From IMG/VR virus record IMGVR_UViG_3300026551_000002: 64,000 bases of DNA; one strand, given 5' to 3'. Positions 39,225 through 50,344 of this stretch are shown here, one piece after another (the stretch's first letter is position 1; each line of letters opens with the position of its first letter). The position numbers were made by a program, and so were the translations under genes. The DNA is from an uncultured virus (IMG/VR IMGVR_UViG_3300026551_000002). Lineage: Duplodnaviria > Heunggongvirae > Uroviricota > Caudoviricetes. The notes under the pieces were generated by a model, which had not been told where the DNA came from, ran no database searches, and saw only the letters and a list, made by a program, of their open reading frames with translations.

Positions 39225-39261
39225 AGTATAGACTAGTATCGAATAATTGTCAAGAGTATTG
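39225..39261 (-). promoter_or_regulatory. Consensus promoter, family copy 1
   Basis: TTGACA-17-TATACT. Confidence 0.8.
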
Positions 39262-39314
39262 AATGATTATGATTAGTATGGTATAATCTTGATTAGTTCA
39301 TAGAAAGGAGCAAA

Positions 39315-39506
39315 GTGATGAATACTATTGATCGATCAAACTATCTCTCTTGCCAAGAGGCAGCTAGTGAGTTTGGCATGAATGCTCAGTTCATTCGAGA
39401 TGAGATTAAACGAGGTAACTTAATTGCTTTAAAAGTAAGCAAAGTCAAATATCTCATTAATAAACAAGAATGGGAAGCTTACAAGAAAAACAAAGAAACA
39501 GCATAA
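39315..39506 (+). CDS. Excisionase-like HTH protein
   Basis: YLSCQEAASEFG..IRDEIKRGNLIA. Confidence 0.75.
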   Translation: MMNTIDRSNYLSCQEAASEFGMNAQFIRDEIKRGNLIALKVSKVKYLINKQEWEAYKKNKETA

Positions 39507-39518
39507 CAGGGAGGTTAT

Positions 39519-41204
39519 ATGTCTATAGAATTACGTCCTTATCAAGAGGAATGTGTTAAACGTGTTCTTGATGCATACAAGAAAGATAAGAATGGATACG
39601 AAATAATAGTTATTCCCACAGGTGGCGGGAAGACGATCTGCTTTGGAAAAGCAGCACACGACATACAAAAAGAGCACAAAGGAAATGTGCTTATAATAGC
39701 ACATAGAGACGAATTACTTGGGCAAGCCGCTGACAAGTACCGAATGATCCAACCTACTGCCATTATAGGAAAAGTTGGCTCAGGTGTTCATGAGTATGGA
39801 TGTGAAATAACAGTAGCATCCATCCAAACTATCAGTCGACCGGAACACCTAGAAAAGCTACAAAGAATGGGATTCATTCTCATCATAGTTGATGAAGCAC
39901 ATCACATTGCAAGCAAGTCATATCAAAAAGTACTTGAAATCTTGCCAGATGCTTTTGTGCTAGGTGTAACTGCCACTCCTGAAAGACTTGACAAAAAAGA
40001 TATCTTAAAAGGCAAACAACCACTATTCAGCAAAAATATCATTGATATGGTTGTAGAAGGTTATCTTTGCAATTTCAAGGCTATTGCCATCCAAACACAC
40101 ATTAGCCTTGATAATGTAACAACTTCAATGGGAGACTACAATGAAGGAGAATTAAACAATGCAGTTAATACACCTGCAAGGAATAACCTCATTGTTCAGA
40201 AATATCAAGAACATACAAACGGAAAAAGAGCGGCATGCTTTTGTGTTACTGTCATCCATGCAGAGGACCTTTGCTCTGCTTTTAACAAGCAAGGTGTACC
40301 TGCTGCTGTCATCAAAGGTACGACTCCCATCGAAGAACGCAAGCGTATCTACCATGACTTCCATCTAGGAATAATTAAAGTGCTCTGTACCGTGATGGTG
40401 TTGACTGAAGGATGGGATGAGTGCCTCGTAGAAGTTATTATTGGAGCACGCCCAACGCAAAGCGCAGGACTTTTCAAACAAATGTTTGGAAGAGGACTTC
40501 GATTAGCTCCTGGAAAGAAAGAATGTGTTCTACTAGACATAACTGATAATTGTCTTAATCATCGATTATCACCTCAAAACCTTAAAAAGGTACTTGTCAA
40601 ACACCTTAATGATAACGAGACATTACTAGAAGCTTTAGAACGTGAGAAGTGTGAAAATGAGGATAGGCAAATCCAAGTTCGCAAGCTTAAAGAGAAACGC
40701 TTGCAGGATGTTCATATTGACTTATTCGAGAAGCTTGAATGGAAAGAGTTGCCAAATGGAGCATTCTTACTGGAGGTTGGAGCAGAGAAACACAAAATAG
40801 CTCTCACACCTTCCAGAAATAATCCTGAGCAATACTATGTGCTTTTCAAACGAGCGCCTTACAACACTGCAAGCGACAATGCAACATACCTCTCTGAAAA
40901 CCCACTTCCTATCGATTGGGCTCAGGTTGAAGCTGAAAAAGAAGCTCGCAAGATCCTGGCAGAGCCCAAATCAGTTCACTGGCTAGATAAAGTTCATCCA
41001 AGTCCTAGAAGAGCCGATCTGATCACTGAAGCCCAGAAGAACATGATGAATTGGAAAAAAATACCCTACACCGATGAGATGACCAAGGGAGAAGCTTCAG
41101 ATTTAATCGATGCATACATGAAGAGGAAAGAGAAAGAAAAGAAAGCCAAGGAAGCTCGCAAAGCTGCCAGGGAAGCAACTAAGCAAGAATCGCTAGGGAT
41201 TTGA
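39519..41204 (+). CDS. SF2 DEAH-box helicase
   Basis: LRPYQ, PTGGGKT, DEAHH, TATP, QMFGRGLR. Confidence 0.95.
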   Translation: MSIELRPYQEECVKRVLDAYKKDKNGYEIIVIPTGGGKTICFGKAAHDIQKEHKGNVLIIAHRDELLGQAADKYRMIQPTAIIGKVGSGVHEYGCEITVASIQTISRPEHLEKLQRMGFILIIVDEAHHIASKSYQKVLEILPDAFVLGVTATPERLDKKDILKGKQPLFSKNIIDMVVEGYLCNFKAIAIQTHISLDNVTTSMGDYNEGELNNAVNTPARNNLIVQKYQEHTNGKRAACFCVTVIHAEDLCSAFNKQGVPAAVIKGTTPIEERKRIYHDFHLGIIKVLCTVMVLTEGWDECLVEVIIGARPTQSAGLFKQMFGRGLRLAPGKKECVLLDITDNCLNHRLSPQNLKKVLVKHLNDNETLLEALEREKCENEDRQIQVRKLKEKRLQDVHIDLFEKLEWKELPNGAFLLEVGAEKHKIALTPSRNNPEQYYVLFKRAPYNTASDNATYLSENPLPIDWAQVEAEKEARKILAEPKSVHWLDKVHPSPRRADLITEAQKNMMNWKKIPYTDEMTKGEASDLIDAYMKRKEKEKKAKEARKAAREATKQESLGI

Positions 41205-41339
41205 TACTAGGGAGTTCCCCTATTTTAGCCCTACCATATTGACATAACTGCACATTATTAATATAATATGCTTTCGACATAGTGAAAGTATCTATAGCCT
41301 TGTATAACATCATATTCCCAAGTCAGAAAGGTTAGGACC

Positions 41340-41910
41340 ATGGGGAACAGCGAAAATGTGACATATGTTGAGAATGACACAGAACAATCGTACACGTACA
41401 ACGAAAATGGAATTCGTACTGACTTATCTATTCTTTCCTCAGCAGGTGATGATCCGGCCTGTATCAGTCATGCATCCTACCAGGATGGTGAGCAAGTATT
41501 AGATGAAAAACTTCATATCTCACCTCAAGGGAAAGGACTCTTGTCCGATCTTCTCAAACGCTCAAAGTTCCTCTAATCAAAAAGGGCTCCCAATTTGGGA
41601 GCCCTTACTGCTACCTTTCAGCATAGATCTGGTCAATGATCTTTTTCAGTTCTTCCATCCATTTATCTTCCTCCCCAACATAAATGCCTTTCCTAAATTG
41701 ATCTAAAATCCGCTTATCAACAAGCTTCTGCTGTCCCCCTCTTGTTATCATCGGAATGGTAATACCATTTTCCGCTTCAATTTTTTGTATTTTTCTACGA
41801 AATCCCGTATCCGTCATTTGCACATATTTTGCACTATTTGTTCGATTGTAATATTCTCTACCTTTGTCAGTATACGAAGGCCTAATCTCTTCTTGATCGA
41901 ATGGCATCAT
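41340..41910. other. Convergent gene pair (41340-41576 +, 41611-41910 - HTH-like) sharing a terminator
   Basis: 12-bp stem AAGGGCTCCCAA/TTGGGAGCCCTT at 41582-41606. Confidence 0.6.
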
Positions 41911-42108
41911 ATTTTCCTTTCATTTGCAAAACTGCACGCAATCTAGCAGAACAACTACTACTATTACAGACAGTATACAGTATTATTGCACTCGCTGTAA
42001 AGTCGGAGAAAGGGACAAAATGAGCAAACAGTATTGAGCAATTTGACAACTATCCAATACTGACATATACTGTTCAGGTAGGTTCAACTAATTTAAAGGA
42101 GGTTCAAT

Positions 42109-42399
42109 GTGAACAAAAAACAGAAATCCTACCGTGTATCCATCAGTTTCCCGTCCGAAATGGCAAAAATCATTTGGGCATATGCAGAGGAAGATGAGAG
42201 ACCCTTCACATGGGAAGTTATCCGTATGCTAAAAGATCTTTTTGAAGAAAGGAAAAAAGATTCTTTCTCGACTTACACATCTAGCTCTAGCCGAGATGCT
42301 AGATACAAGCACCAAAGAATTGTAAAACAGGTACAAGAAAGCAAAATGGAGTCAGCAGTAACTGACTCCATTGAAAGGAAAACAAATGGCAAACCATAA
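42109..42399 (+). CDS. Arc-like ribbon-helix-helix protein
   Basis: YRVSISFPSEM...AEEDERPFTWEVIRML. Confidence 0.7.
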   Translation: MNKKQKSYRVSISFPSEMAKIIWAYAEEDERPFTWEVIRMLKDLFEERKKDSFSTYTSSSSRDARYKHQRIVKQVQESKMESAVTDSIERKTNGKP

Positions 42400-43045
42400 C
42401 CAAGAACAGTCTAACACAGGATTGCAACTTTTCAACTTCAAAGGACAAGATATTCGCGTCGTCTTAATAGACGATAAGACTCAGTGGATAGCTGCTGATG
42501 CCTGTAAAGTGTTGGATATTGAAAACGTTAGCCAAGCAATTGGAAACCTTGACGAGGACGAAAAGGGTATATGTAATGTATATACCCTTGGCGGAAACCA
42601 GAACATGCTCTGTGTTACTGAGTCAGGTCTCTATCATCTCATTTTCAACAGTCGAAAGGAAGAAGCAAAAGTTTTCCGTCGTTGGATTACCGGTGAAGTT
42701 ATTCCTACTATCCTCAAAACTGGAAGCTATTCAATAGATGGAATAAACTTCCAAGACTATGAGCAGATAGCACATCTAGACTTACAAAATGATCCTGATC
42801 TTTTGCGTCAAGCAATACAATTTTATGAGGATTTAATGCTTGCCAGTAGCGATAAACGCAAATTGCTCAAAGAAATCGAGAAAGAAAATTATCCTGAGAA
42901 TTCTTTCACCAGAGGTAAACGCAAGCCAATGAACATTAAGTTCTACAAAAAGCATGTAGGCGATAAAGTTCAATTTGGCATTGCAATTCTTGGAAAAGAA
43001 AGAGTTATACAAAAAGCGATCTGGGGTTCAGATCGCGCTATATAA
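42371..43045 (+). CDS. BRO-N family antirepressor
   Basis: FNFKGQDIRVV..WIAADAC, ESGLYHLIFNSRKEEAKVFRRWITGEVIPTI. Confidence 0.9.
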   Translation: MKGKQMANHNQEQSNTGLQLFNFKGQDIRVVLIDDKTQWIAADACKVLDIENVSQAIGNLDEDEKGICNVYTLGGNQNMLCVTESGLYHLIFNSRKEEAKVFRRWITGEVIPTILKTGSYSIDGINFQDYEQIAHLDLQNDPDLLRQAIQFYEDLMLASSDKRKLLKEIEKENYPENSFTRGKRKPMNIKFYKKHVGDKVQFGIAILGKERVIQKAIWGSDRAI

Positions 43046-43110
43046 TCAATCGTAGTTTATGAGAGCCTGGAACATATCCAGGCTCTTTTCTTTATGTCCC
43101 ACATGGACAA

Positions 43111-44493
43111 TTATTTTTTCTTGCTGAGTGCTTGTTTCGTCACCCATTCCCCCCATACCTCTTCGCAGGGACAATTCTTGTTAAGGCAAATACCAGGAGC
43201 AAGATGAGATTCAATATGCCCTTGTATTGTCAAAGCTTTCATGTCTGCTTCGGGCCCATACCATTTTGTATGAGCAAATGCCCCATCAAGCATCTGTAAA
43301 TCCCTTTTTGTCCAAGGTTTCAAGCGATTGCGAGCTTGAAGCAAAGACACTTCTCCCCCTGCAAGGGGGTTGACAGGTTCACCGGCTTGCAGGGGTAGGG
43401 CAAAAGGGAGTGTGTATTCTCTCTGAGTAGCTATACCAGCTTCTACCCATTCCCTCAAACTACATTCCCATCGATCAGATAAGAACTTCTTCAGCAGGAT
43501 ATCGTTTGGATCTTTGGCAACATACGGGCTCCAACGCTGGCATTTCTCTTTCAGAGTTTGCATCCAGTACTCTGATCCTATGTCACCCGAGTCGTCCTCA
43601 TCGAAGGATTGGAGCACACAAGAGGCTAATTGTAACTCTGCTAGCCATCTGGAGAGACGACCGCGTGTTGTCGATCCTGTGGCTACACAGGACACCAGGT
43701 CTCCTGCCTCTTGCTCCACTGACATTGCGCATATTTCAGACTCAACCATCATGACTGGAAAGTCACACTGGATTTCTCCAACGTTGAAAAGCCCTTCACC
43801 GCTCCCAATTACCTGACCATAGTCTTTTCCCTTTGGCTGATCAGGACGTTTGAGAGCTAATCTCCAAAGCGTACTACCTTCAAACCAGGGGATAAGGATA
43901 CCATTTGGAACACGCACTTTATCCTTGGCTACCTGCTCAGGATCTAGTCCCCAGTCTTCCAATTCTGACTCATAATATTTGCCATCTTTCTGGAGAGGGA
44001 CATAGCCAAGCTTCTTTTTCTTGATGATTTCATCACCGAGGCCTCGACTATGCAGATAGTCAAGAGCATCCTTGCCAGTAGGAGACCATAAGCACCTTGC
44101 AGCACGCTCCACAAGCAGCTTGCCTGTCTCCTGCCACTGTTTATTAGGTGGATCTTCTTTGCTATCCTGTTGAGATATAGAGGGGCTGGGGGGAACAAAA
44201 TCACCATTAATTTCAAGTCCTAGCACTTCTAATGCCTCCTGATGACTCATATTGCAGTACTCCTTTAAAAAATCATATGCATCTCCATGGCGTCCGCAAC
44301 CACTTGACCTGATAGCATGTGAATAATCACCTAGTTCTGGACGCATTATGAAACTATCCTTACTTCCAGGGCAAAATGGACAATTAGAGTGGTATTCGAG
44401 CACTCCATGTACAGTAGCCTTACCAACAATATCAATACTGGCATAATGTTGAATTAAACTTAAAATATCCCATCGCTGTGATACTGTAGGCAT
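43111..44493 (-). CDS. DNA primase (zinc finger plus TOPRIM-like)
   Basis: CPFC...GCGRHGD, ALDYLHSRGL, VESEIC, FDEDDSG, KDPND. Confidence 0.82.
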   Translation of the reverse strand: MPTVSQRWDILSLIQHYASIDIVGKATVHGVLEYHSNCPFCPGSKDSFIMRPELGDYSHAIRSSGCGRHGDAYDFLKEYCNMSHQEALEVLGLEINGDFVPPSPSISQQDSKEDPPNKQWQETGKLLVERAARCLWSPTGKDALDYLHSRGLGDEIIKKKKLGYVPLQKDGKYYESELEDWGLDPEQVAKDKVRVPNGILIPWFEGSTLWRLALKRPDQPKGKDYGQVIGSGEGLFNVGEIQCDFPVMMVESEICAMSVEQEAGDLVSCVATGSTTRGRLSRWLAELQLASCVLQSFDEDDSGDIGSEYWMQTLKEKCQRWSPYVAKDPNDILLKKFLSDRWECSLREWVEAGIATQREYTLPFALPLQAGEPVNPLAGGEVSLLQARNRLKPWTKRDLQMLDGAFAHTKWYGPEADMKALTIQGHIESHLAPGICLNKNCPCEEVWGEWVTKQALSKKK

Positions 44494-44494
44494 C

Positions 44495-45148
44495 TTATTC
44501 TTCCTTTCTTGCAAATTTATCTTCATCTAAGCGACCTATGCCATAAATTGACAAGATATCAACAATCCACAACCAATCAAATTTTCGCTGATTAAGTTCT
44601 TCAGGATGAGCAAAAATGAAATCTCGAATAGCTCTATCTGTAAAAATCCATGCAACATTATTAAATTCTGTTGTGATCTTTTTTCCCTTCAACCATCCTT
44701 TATCTATCCATCTCATAATTCTCTCTTCAGTTTTCATTCCAAAGCCTAGCATCAAATCATTCATACTATACCCATCAAGTTTCTTTTCCTTGTACAATCC
44801 CAATAAAGTTGCCTTACGCCTAATAGTATTTCTGTCTTTTTTCAACTGTTTTGACAATGCTGCCAAGCTCATCTTGCGAATATTTTTTCGCAAGAATTCT
44901 GCTTCTTCCAGTGTCCAGCTATCCTTAATTGGAGAAACTAATCCTAGTTGCATTGCCCATTTTGATATCATGCGACGTGGGATATGTGGCATTTTTGCCC
45001 GTATCTGATTTGTCCGCCCAGGAGATCCATCATACAAATCAATAATAAGTTGACGCTCGGAAGGTCGTAAGAAATATTTTTGAGGTTGCCCGCCTGGAAT
45101 GCTACGGCGGGCTCCAACTTTCTCAAGTGGCATAATGGGATTTGGCAT
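44495..45148 (-). CDS. Multi-HTH DNA-binding protein
   Basis: WTLEEAEFLRKN..IRRKA..LGL repeats. Confidence 0.6.
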   Translation of the reverse strand: MPNPIMPLEKVGARRSIPGGQPQKYFLRPSERQLIIDLYDGSPGRTNQIRAKMPHIPRRMISKWAMQLGLVSPIKDSWTLEEAEFLRKNIRKMSLAALSKQLKKDRNTIRRKATLLGLYKEKKLDGYSMNDLMLGFGMKTEERIMRWIDKGWLKGKKITTEFNNVAWIFTDRAIRDFIFAHPEELNQRKFDWLWIVDILSIYGIGRLDEDKFARKEE

Positions 45149-47382
45149 TAGCTCACCTCTGCCATATCCCACAAAGTACCCTGTGTACGTTGCTTCAAAA
45201 CACGATTAAGATTTTTAACTGAAGTTTTAAAGTATGATGGCTTGAGTTCGATTCCAACGAACTTTCTGTTCAGTCCTAGAGCTACATATCCAGTACTCCC
45301 AATACCAGCAAATGGATCAAGAACCATCTCACCTGGATTAGAGTACAATCTGAGAAGCCTCTCAATTAAATCTAGCTGCAAAGGGCATATATGCATTTCA
45401 TCTTTTGCTTCTCTAGCCTCTTTAACATTAAGAGTGTCAGTTTGCCTAATCCCATACCAGACTGCACTTGCCCATTTTATCCACTCGTCCTTGGTAAGTT
45501 GCTGCTTTACAGGCACTACATTCTTTCCAGGTTTCTTAAAGACAAGAACATAGTCTGCAAACGTTGAACGCATTTCAGATGTATCCTTCTCAAGTTGCTG
45601 AAATGCCAATCCTTTGGCATGAGAACGGCTAGCAGCTACTTGTGGATTCTTATCTACAGTGATATCACTATGATAGATAAATCCATGCTTTATGAATGCT
45701 CTGATCACATCACCTCTGAAATCTCGAATGCCAATCACACCATCAGAGATAAGCGTGAGAGGTATTTGAGACACATGAACACACATATTGCGACCTGGCT
45801 TCATCACTCTCATCAATTCATCAATAATATAATCAAGATGAGTGAAAAATTCCTCTGAAGTCCTACTATTGCCAAGATCACGTTCCGTAGGAGTGTATGT
45901 GTACAGATGCTCAAAAGGAATAGAAGACACCAATAAATCAATTGAATTGCTTGCCATCTCTTTTAGTCGCTCGCAAGAGTCACCAAGCATAAGAGTATAA
46001 TCATCATTTTTGATGATATCCTCTCCATATTCAAACTTCTTCTCTTGCTTGTGCTCTATTTCATCCTTTTCAAACTGCTGTACATTTTTAATAAGTTCAT
46101 CACTCATCTTTTTTGCTTCCTCTTCTTTTCTGAGAACATTCTGAAAGATCTCTTCTTCAATATCTGATAATACAATGTACACCCATACAGGATACTCTTG
46201 ACCAAAGCGCAAGGAACGTCTAACTCCCTGGTAGTAAATCTCGAATGAGTCAGTTAGACCTAACCAGATTTGATTGTGGCAATTCTGGAGGTTGATTCCC
46301 ATACCTGCAATTTTGGCCTTTGTCACGAGGACACGAATTTTTCCGTCTTGGAAGTCCTGAATAGTTTGGATTTTCTTATCTGGTGAGTCGCTTCCTGTTA
46401 GCTCTACAGCACCAGAAATAGCCCTAGAAACGATTGACGACTCATCGTTAAGACCAGTCCAGATAATCCATTGCTCATTGTTTTCATCATTATCAATAAG
46501 CTTGACAGCCTCTTTTACACGGTCCTCCAAAGTACCTTTGCGAACCTTGGCACGATCACTTACACCTTTGAGTCCTGAGAAGAATAACTGACCTTCTGGC
46601 ACATAATCACAAGTCACTATGGCCCGTTCCACATGCAATGGAGGAAGATTGTAACCCTCGTCACTAAATGTTGAGCTGAGATCCGATGGCTTTTTCACAC
46701 TCATACTCCAGCTTGCTAACCACTGATAGAAAACATCAGTAGCGTGCCCTTTGAGTCTCCATCCCCCATGTGCAGACGACTTAGCATCATGCACAAAAAA
46801 TTGTGACTTCATCTCTTGACCTGTCATGATCTCTAAGAATTCGGCATGATTGCCCAATTCCACAAAATCGTTAGGGGCTGGAGTTGCAGTGCAACCAAGC
46901 TTATATGGAATGCCTTTCGACTTCTCAATGAGCTTTTGACACGTCGCACCTGTTAAATTCTTGAGGATCGACGACTCATCCAAGATGATGCACCCAAAGT
47001 CATCAAAATTAAAATGGTCAATCATCTCATAATTAGTAATGCTTATTGCGCTGTCTACTTCTTTCCCATCACGCACATACACAACATGCACCCCAATTTT
47101 TGCAGCTTCAGAAACCGTCTGACTAGCTACCGACAATGGAGCAATAATCAAAACACGCTTATTTGTAAGAATAGATATCAAGTGCGCATATTCCGTTTGA
47201 ATTCTTGTCTTGCCTAGTCCAGTGTCGGCAAAAATTGCTGCTCTACCCTTACGTAATGCCCACTGTACCAACACTTTCTGGAATGGAAAAAGCCCATCAT
47301 GGATATCTTCCAAGCTCACTTCAATCCCTGATGTCTGGGCAATTGTCCGTTTACTGGCAAGAAAATCTTGATAGTCTAACAC
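45148..47382 (-). CDS. SNF2-like helicase fused to an N4-C/N6-A DNA methyltransferase
   Basis: DTGLGKT, LDESS, TATPAPND; SSIPF, HICPLQ, VLDPFAGIGSTG. Confidence 0.9.
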   Translation of the reverse strand: MLDYQDFLASKRTIAQTSGIEVSLEDIHDGLFPFQKVLVQWALRKGRAAIFADTGLGKTRIQTEYAHLISILTNKRVLIIAPLSVASQTVSEAAKIGVHVVYVRDGKEVDSAISITNYEMIDHFNFDDFGCIILDESSILKNLTGATCQKLIEKSKGIPYKLGCTATPAPNDFVELGNHAEFLEIMTGQEMKSQFFVHDAKSSAHGGWRLKGHATDVFYQWLASWSMSVKKPSDLSSTFSDEGYNLPPLHVERAIVTCDYVPEGQLFFSGLKGVSDRAKVRKGTLEDRVKEAVKLIDNDENNEQWIIWTGLNDESSIVSRAISGAVELTGSDSPDKKIQTIQDFQDGKIRVLVTKAKIAGMGINLQNCHNQIWLGLTDSFEIYYQGVRRSLRFGQEYPVWVYIVLSDIEEEIFQNVLRKEEEAKKMSDELIKNVQQFEKDEIEHKQEKKFEYGEDIIKNDDYTLMLGDSCERLKEMASNSIDLLVSSIPFEHLYTYTPTERDLGNSRTSEEFFTHLDYIIDELMRVMKPGRNMCVHVSQIPLTLISDGVIGIRDFRGDVIRAFIKHGFIYHSDITVDKNPQVAASRSHAKGLAFQQLEKDTSEMRSTFADYVLVFKKPGKNVVPVKQQLTKDEWIKWASAVWYGIRQTDTLNVKEAREAKDEMHICPLQLDLIERLLRLYSNPGEMVLDPFAGIGSTGYVALGLNRKFVGIELKPSYFKTSVKNLNRVLKQRTQGTLWDMAEVS

Positions 47383-47426
47383 TAATTAAATCCTTTCTAA
47401 AAATCTATGTCCAACAAAATCCACTA

Positions 47427-48149
47427 TCACACACATCGAACAAGCCCCCCCCCCTCTGTACTTTTTGCTGTAAATTGCACTTCAGGTAATGGCTTGCCAC
47501 TTTTGTGCAATCTCACTTGATGACTAGCATAAATTTGCTCATCAATTTTGATGGCCTCTTTCCATTCATCGGGCTCATTTTGAACTTCAATCCATTCATT
47601 GTCCGACTGATGAGGACACATCTTGCATCGAGACTTAATTGGTTCAGGCAGTCCATAATCTTTTACTAATTGAGCACACTCCCCACGAGTCATCTTCACA
47701 TCAAAGCAAAGAGGCCAATAGTTCTCTATCCACTGAACACTTGAGTGCTTAAGACGCTGAATTTCATCTATGGACATACCCATCCACATAACACATTCCC
47801 TGACTCCAACTGACCGAAGATACCGACGAACCACCAACATTTTCCACTCTGAAGAGCAAAAAGTTGGAAGCTTTGCATTCTGAGTAAATGCAGGAATGAG
47901 CACTTCTCCCTTGTGAGAGTACAAATCTACTTTTGACAAAGAATGAGGCGCTACCTCAATCTCCAATCCAATTTCAGCTAACATGGGCGAAACATACTGC
48001 TCTGTATATTCCCATGTCCGCTTGAATTCCCATCCAGTATCAGCAGTAACAATTCTGTCTGGTTTAGGCAATCGCCCTTGACGAACAAGAACAGCTATAG
48101 CAGTTGATTGCACTCCAAGTCCATTAGACCAGACAATCGGCTTGCTCAT
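47427..48149 (-). CDS. PAPS-reductase-like (PP-loop) phage protein
   Basis: SNGLGVQST, ADTGWE, CSSEWK, KSRCKMCP. Confidence 0.75.
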   Translation of the reverse strand: MSKPIVWSNGLGVQSTAIAVLVRQGRLPKPDRIVTADTGWEFKRTWEYTEQYVSPMLAEIGLEIEVAPHSLSKVDLYSHKGEVLIPAFTQNAKLPTFCSSEWKMLVVRRYLRSVGVRECVMWMGMSIDEIQRLKHSSVQWIENYWPLCFDVKMTRGECAQLVKDYGLPEPIKSRCKMCPHQSDNEWIEVQNEPDEWKEAIKIDEQIYASHQVRLHKSGKPLPEVQFTAKSTEGGGLVRCV

Positions 48150-48613
48150 TCCCCAATCCTTTCTGTACACACTCTCACGCTAATTTCACAGCGCGGATTA
48201 TCTCTATCTGCCCATTTCTCAATAGGCAACCGTACAACTAAATTGTCATTCAAATCTAAATACTTAAATACCACATCTTGCACTGCTTTTATACCTCCAT
48301 CAATATCTCTCTTCCATAATGTCTTAAAGTAAAAATCAATACTAAAATCCAATGGAATATGCTGTTTACTTATTCTAATAGCATCAACAACATTCCAATT
48401 CTTCACTACTGCTTTATCAGTAGAATATGCTAAAACCATTAATGCATCTTGTTTGAATTGCTTCAATTCCACTGAGGAAAAGAATTGTGCTCCATGATTT
48501 GTGTTATAAGAACCATTAATCCCTGGAGGAAGTGGCAACGTTGCCACTAGGAACGGCTCTATAGGCCAATTCACCCCTTGCAAGGGGGATTTGGGTTTAG
48601 CTCGTGTGGGCAT
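48146..48613 (-). CDS. rusA: RusA-family Holliday junction resolvase
   Basis: LPPGIN, RDIDGGIKAVQD, NDNLV. Confidence 0.82.
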   Translation of the reverse strand: MPTRAKPKSPLQGVNWPIEPFLVATLPLPPGINGSYNTNHGAQFFSSVELKQFKQDALMVLAYSTDKAVVKNWNVVDAIRISKQHIPLDFSIDFYFKTLWKRDIDGGIKAVQDVVFKYLDLNDNLVVRLPIEKWADRDNPRCEISVRVCTERIGE

Positions 48614-49174
48614 GGGTTACTCCCTCTGTTACATCTGCAAATAGATCAGTAAAACGTTTCAACAATTCAACTGATGTTGGTCCTGCAGGTTGTTCTTTAT
48701 CTGGAATCCACGTCACAATAGGAAAAGAGCTATATCCTACTTCAATATGCTTTGTAGTAAAATGACCTATTGGCATAGGATTATATGCTCTATATATTTC
48801 AAGCATACAATTGTACAGAATACAAAAATCATTAGACCACTCCATCAAATGTCTTGTAAAAAGATCATGCGCATTGTACATATTATCATGCACAATAGAG
48901 TCATCTTTGTCTAAATTGGTTATAGCGTTACGCATATAACCAATAATTTTGTTTTCGAGCTGTTTCATTATTTTGACTCCTCTATTAACTCGGTGGTCAA
49001 TAGACTAAAGGGAACATCAAATTCCACAACTGCTTCATAAATTGCACGAACAGTACTAAATGTTTCATATGTGCTTAACCACCTGGGATTAGCAAGTTTC
49101 CGCCCTTCATGCATGTCATCTAAATTCCTATAAATCTGTAAAACTTTGTATTTTCTCTTTTTAGTCATGGCCAT
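48597..49174 (-). other. Two hypothetical ORFs: 48597-48968, 48968-49174
   Basis: First genes after promoter copy 2. Confidence 0.55.
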
Positions 49175-49256
49175 GCTCCTTCTTCAAATGGCGGTTGTGT
49201 GACTCTGGAAAACATCAAGGAGTTGAAAAAACCTAATCACACAACCTGTTACAAAC

Positions 49257-49293
49257 AGTATAGACTAGTTTGGTATAATTGTCAATAGTATTG
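49257..49293 (-). promoter_or_regulatory. Consensus promoter, family copy 2
   Basis: TTGACA-17-TATACT. Confidence 0.8.
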
Positions 49294-49389
49294 TGTTGTA
49301 TAGGTTGGTTATCAATAGTATTGACTAGTATTTAGCGGTATGATATAATTCAAGGCAGTTTAGAAAGTATATGCAAAGGAGATTTTACT

Positions 49390-49782
49390 GTGAAGTGGAA
49401 ACTAAGGCGGATAGTAGATAAAGCTGCTCTCATCCTCGTAAGTGTTAAGCCTATTCGATGGTTCTTTGATCAACTCATCAAGTTTGGAAATTGGGCAAGT
49501 AAAAACCCATTCCTGTCTACAATCTGGAAATGGTATATCAAGATAGAAAGACCAGCTTGGATTAGTTACCTTACGTATTCTCTAGTTGCTGATGCTTGGT
49601 ATCACAACATATGGTGCATACTCATTGATATTGCTTGTCTTCTTGTCATGATTTTCTTACCTAATATCGACAATCATGACAATGATGAAGACAATGAGCC
49701 AGATGAACCTGATCCAACACCTAACGGAGATGCAGTTGATTTATGGATTCGAGAACAACAAAAATTGACTTTACCCAAATGA
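49390..49782 (+). CDS. Membrane protein (moron-like)
   Basis: Own TTGACT/TATAAT promoter, hydrophobic segments, acidic tail. Confidence 0.55.
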   Translation: MKWKLRRIVDKAALILVSVKPIRWFFDQLIKFGNWASKNPFLSTIWKWYIKIERPAWISYLTYSLVADAWYHNIWCILIDIACLLVMIFLPNIDNHDNDEDNEPDEPDPTPNGDAVDLWIREQQKLTLPK

Positions 49783-49830
49783 CAAGGTAGACTTGAAACT
49801 ACTACCTCAAATGTCATTGGGAAACTGCAC

Positions 49831-49868
49831 AAAAAAACACCTTGGTGCTCACATCACCAAGGTGTTTT
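49831..49868. terminator. Bidirectional terminator
   Basis: AAAACACCTTGGTG/CACCAAGGTGTTTT. Confidence 0.75.
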
Positions 49869-49883
49869 GATATTTTAACATCT

Positions 49884-50117
49884 CTACAATACTGCTTTCT
49901 CCATTGCACCAACCACTAGTTGAGCAGTCTCCTCCTCACCCACAAGCTCTTTAAGAGCACTTCCAATCTGTCCCATACGTTCCATACGAGCCGTGATGAA
50001 TTGATGCTGAGTAGTTCCCTGAGCCAAGCCTGTGAGTGCCCACTGAGCGGCCTGTGTCTCGGCGTCAAACTGAGCCATGAGAAAAGCAACTTCAGATTGA
50101 TTGGACTGATTCGACAT
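49884..50117 (-). CDS. Hypothetical protein
   Basis: ORF with AGGAGG RBS. Confidence 0.6.
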   Translation of the reverse strand: MSNQSNQSEVAFLMAQFDAETQAAQWALTGLAQGTTQHQFITARMERMGQIGSALKELVGEEETAQLVVGAMEKAVL

Positions 50118-50344
50118 TATGCCCTCCTGCCTACAACTCTTCGGATAGAAAAGATATAGGTTTTAGTGCGTCGCTAATAATCTGCTTCCGTTGCTCTGTA
50201 AATGGCAATAATGTATAAAAGAAAAATGCATTGCCATCAAATGACACATCATCATCTTTTATGCCATCAACATTATCACGTATCCAGCGTTTAGCCCTAG
50301 AACATTTACCTGGACCAGAAAAGAACAATGAATGCTTGAACATA

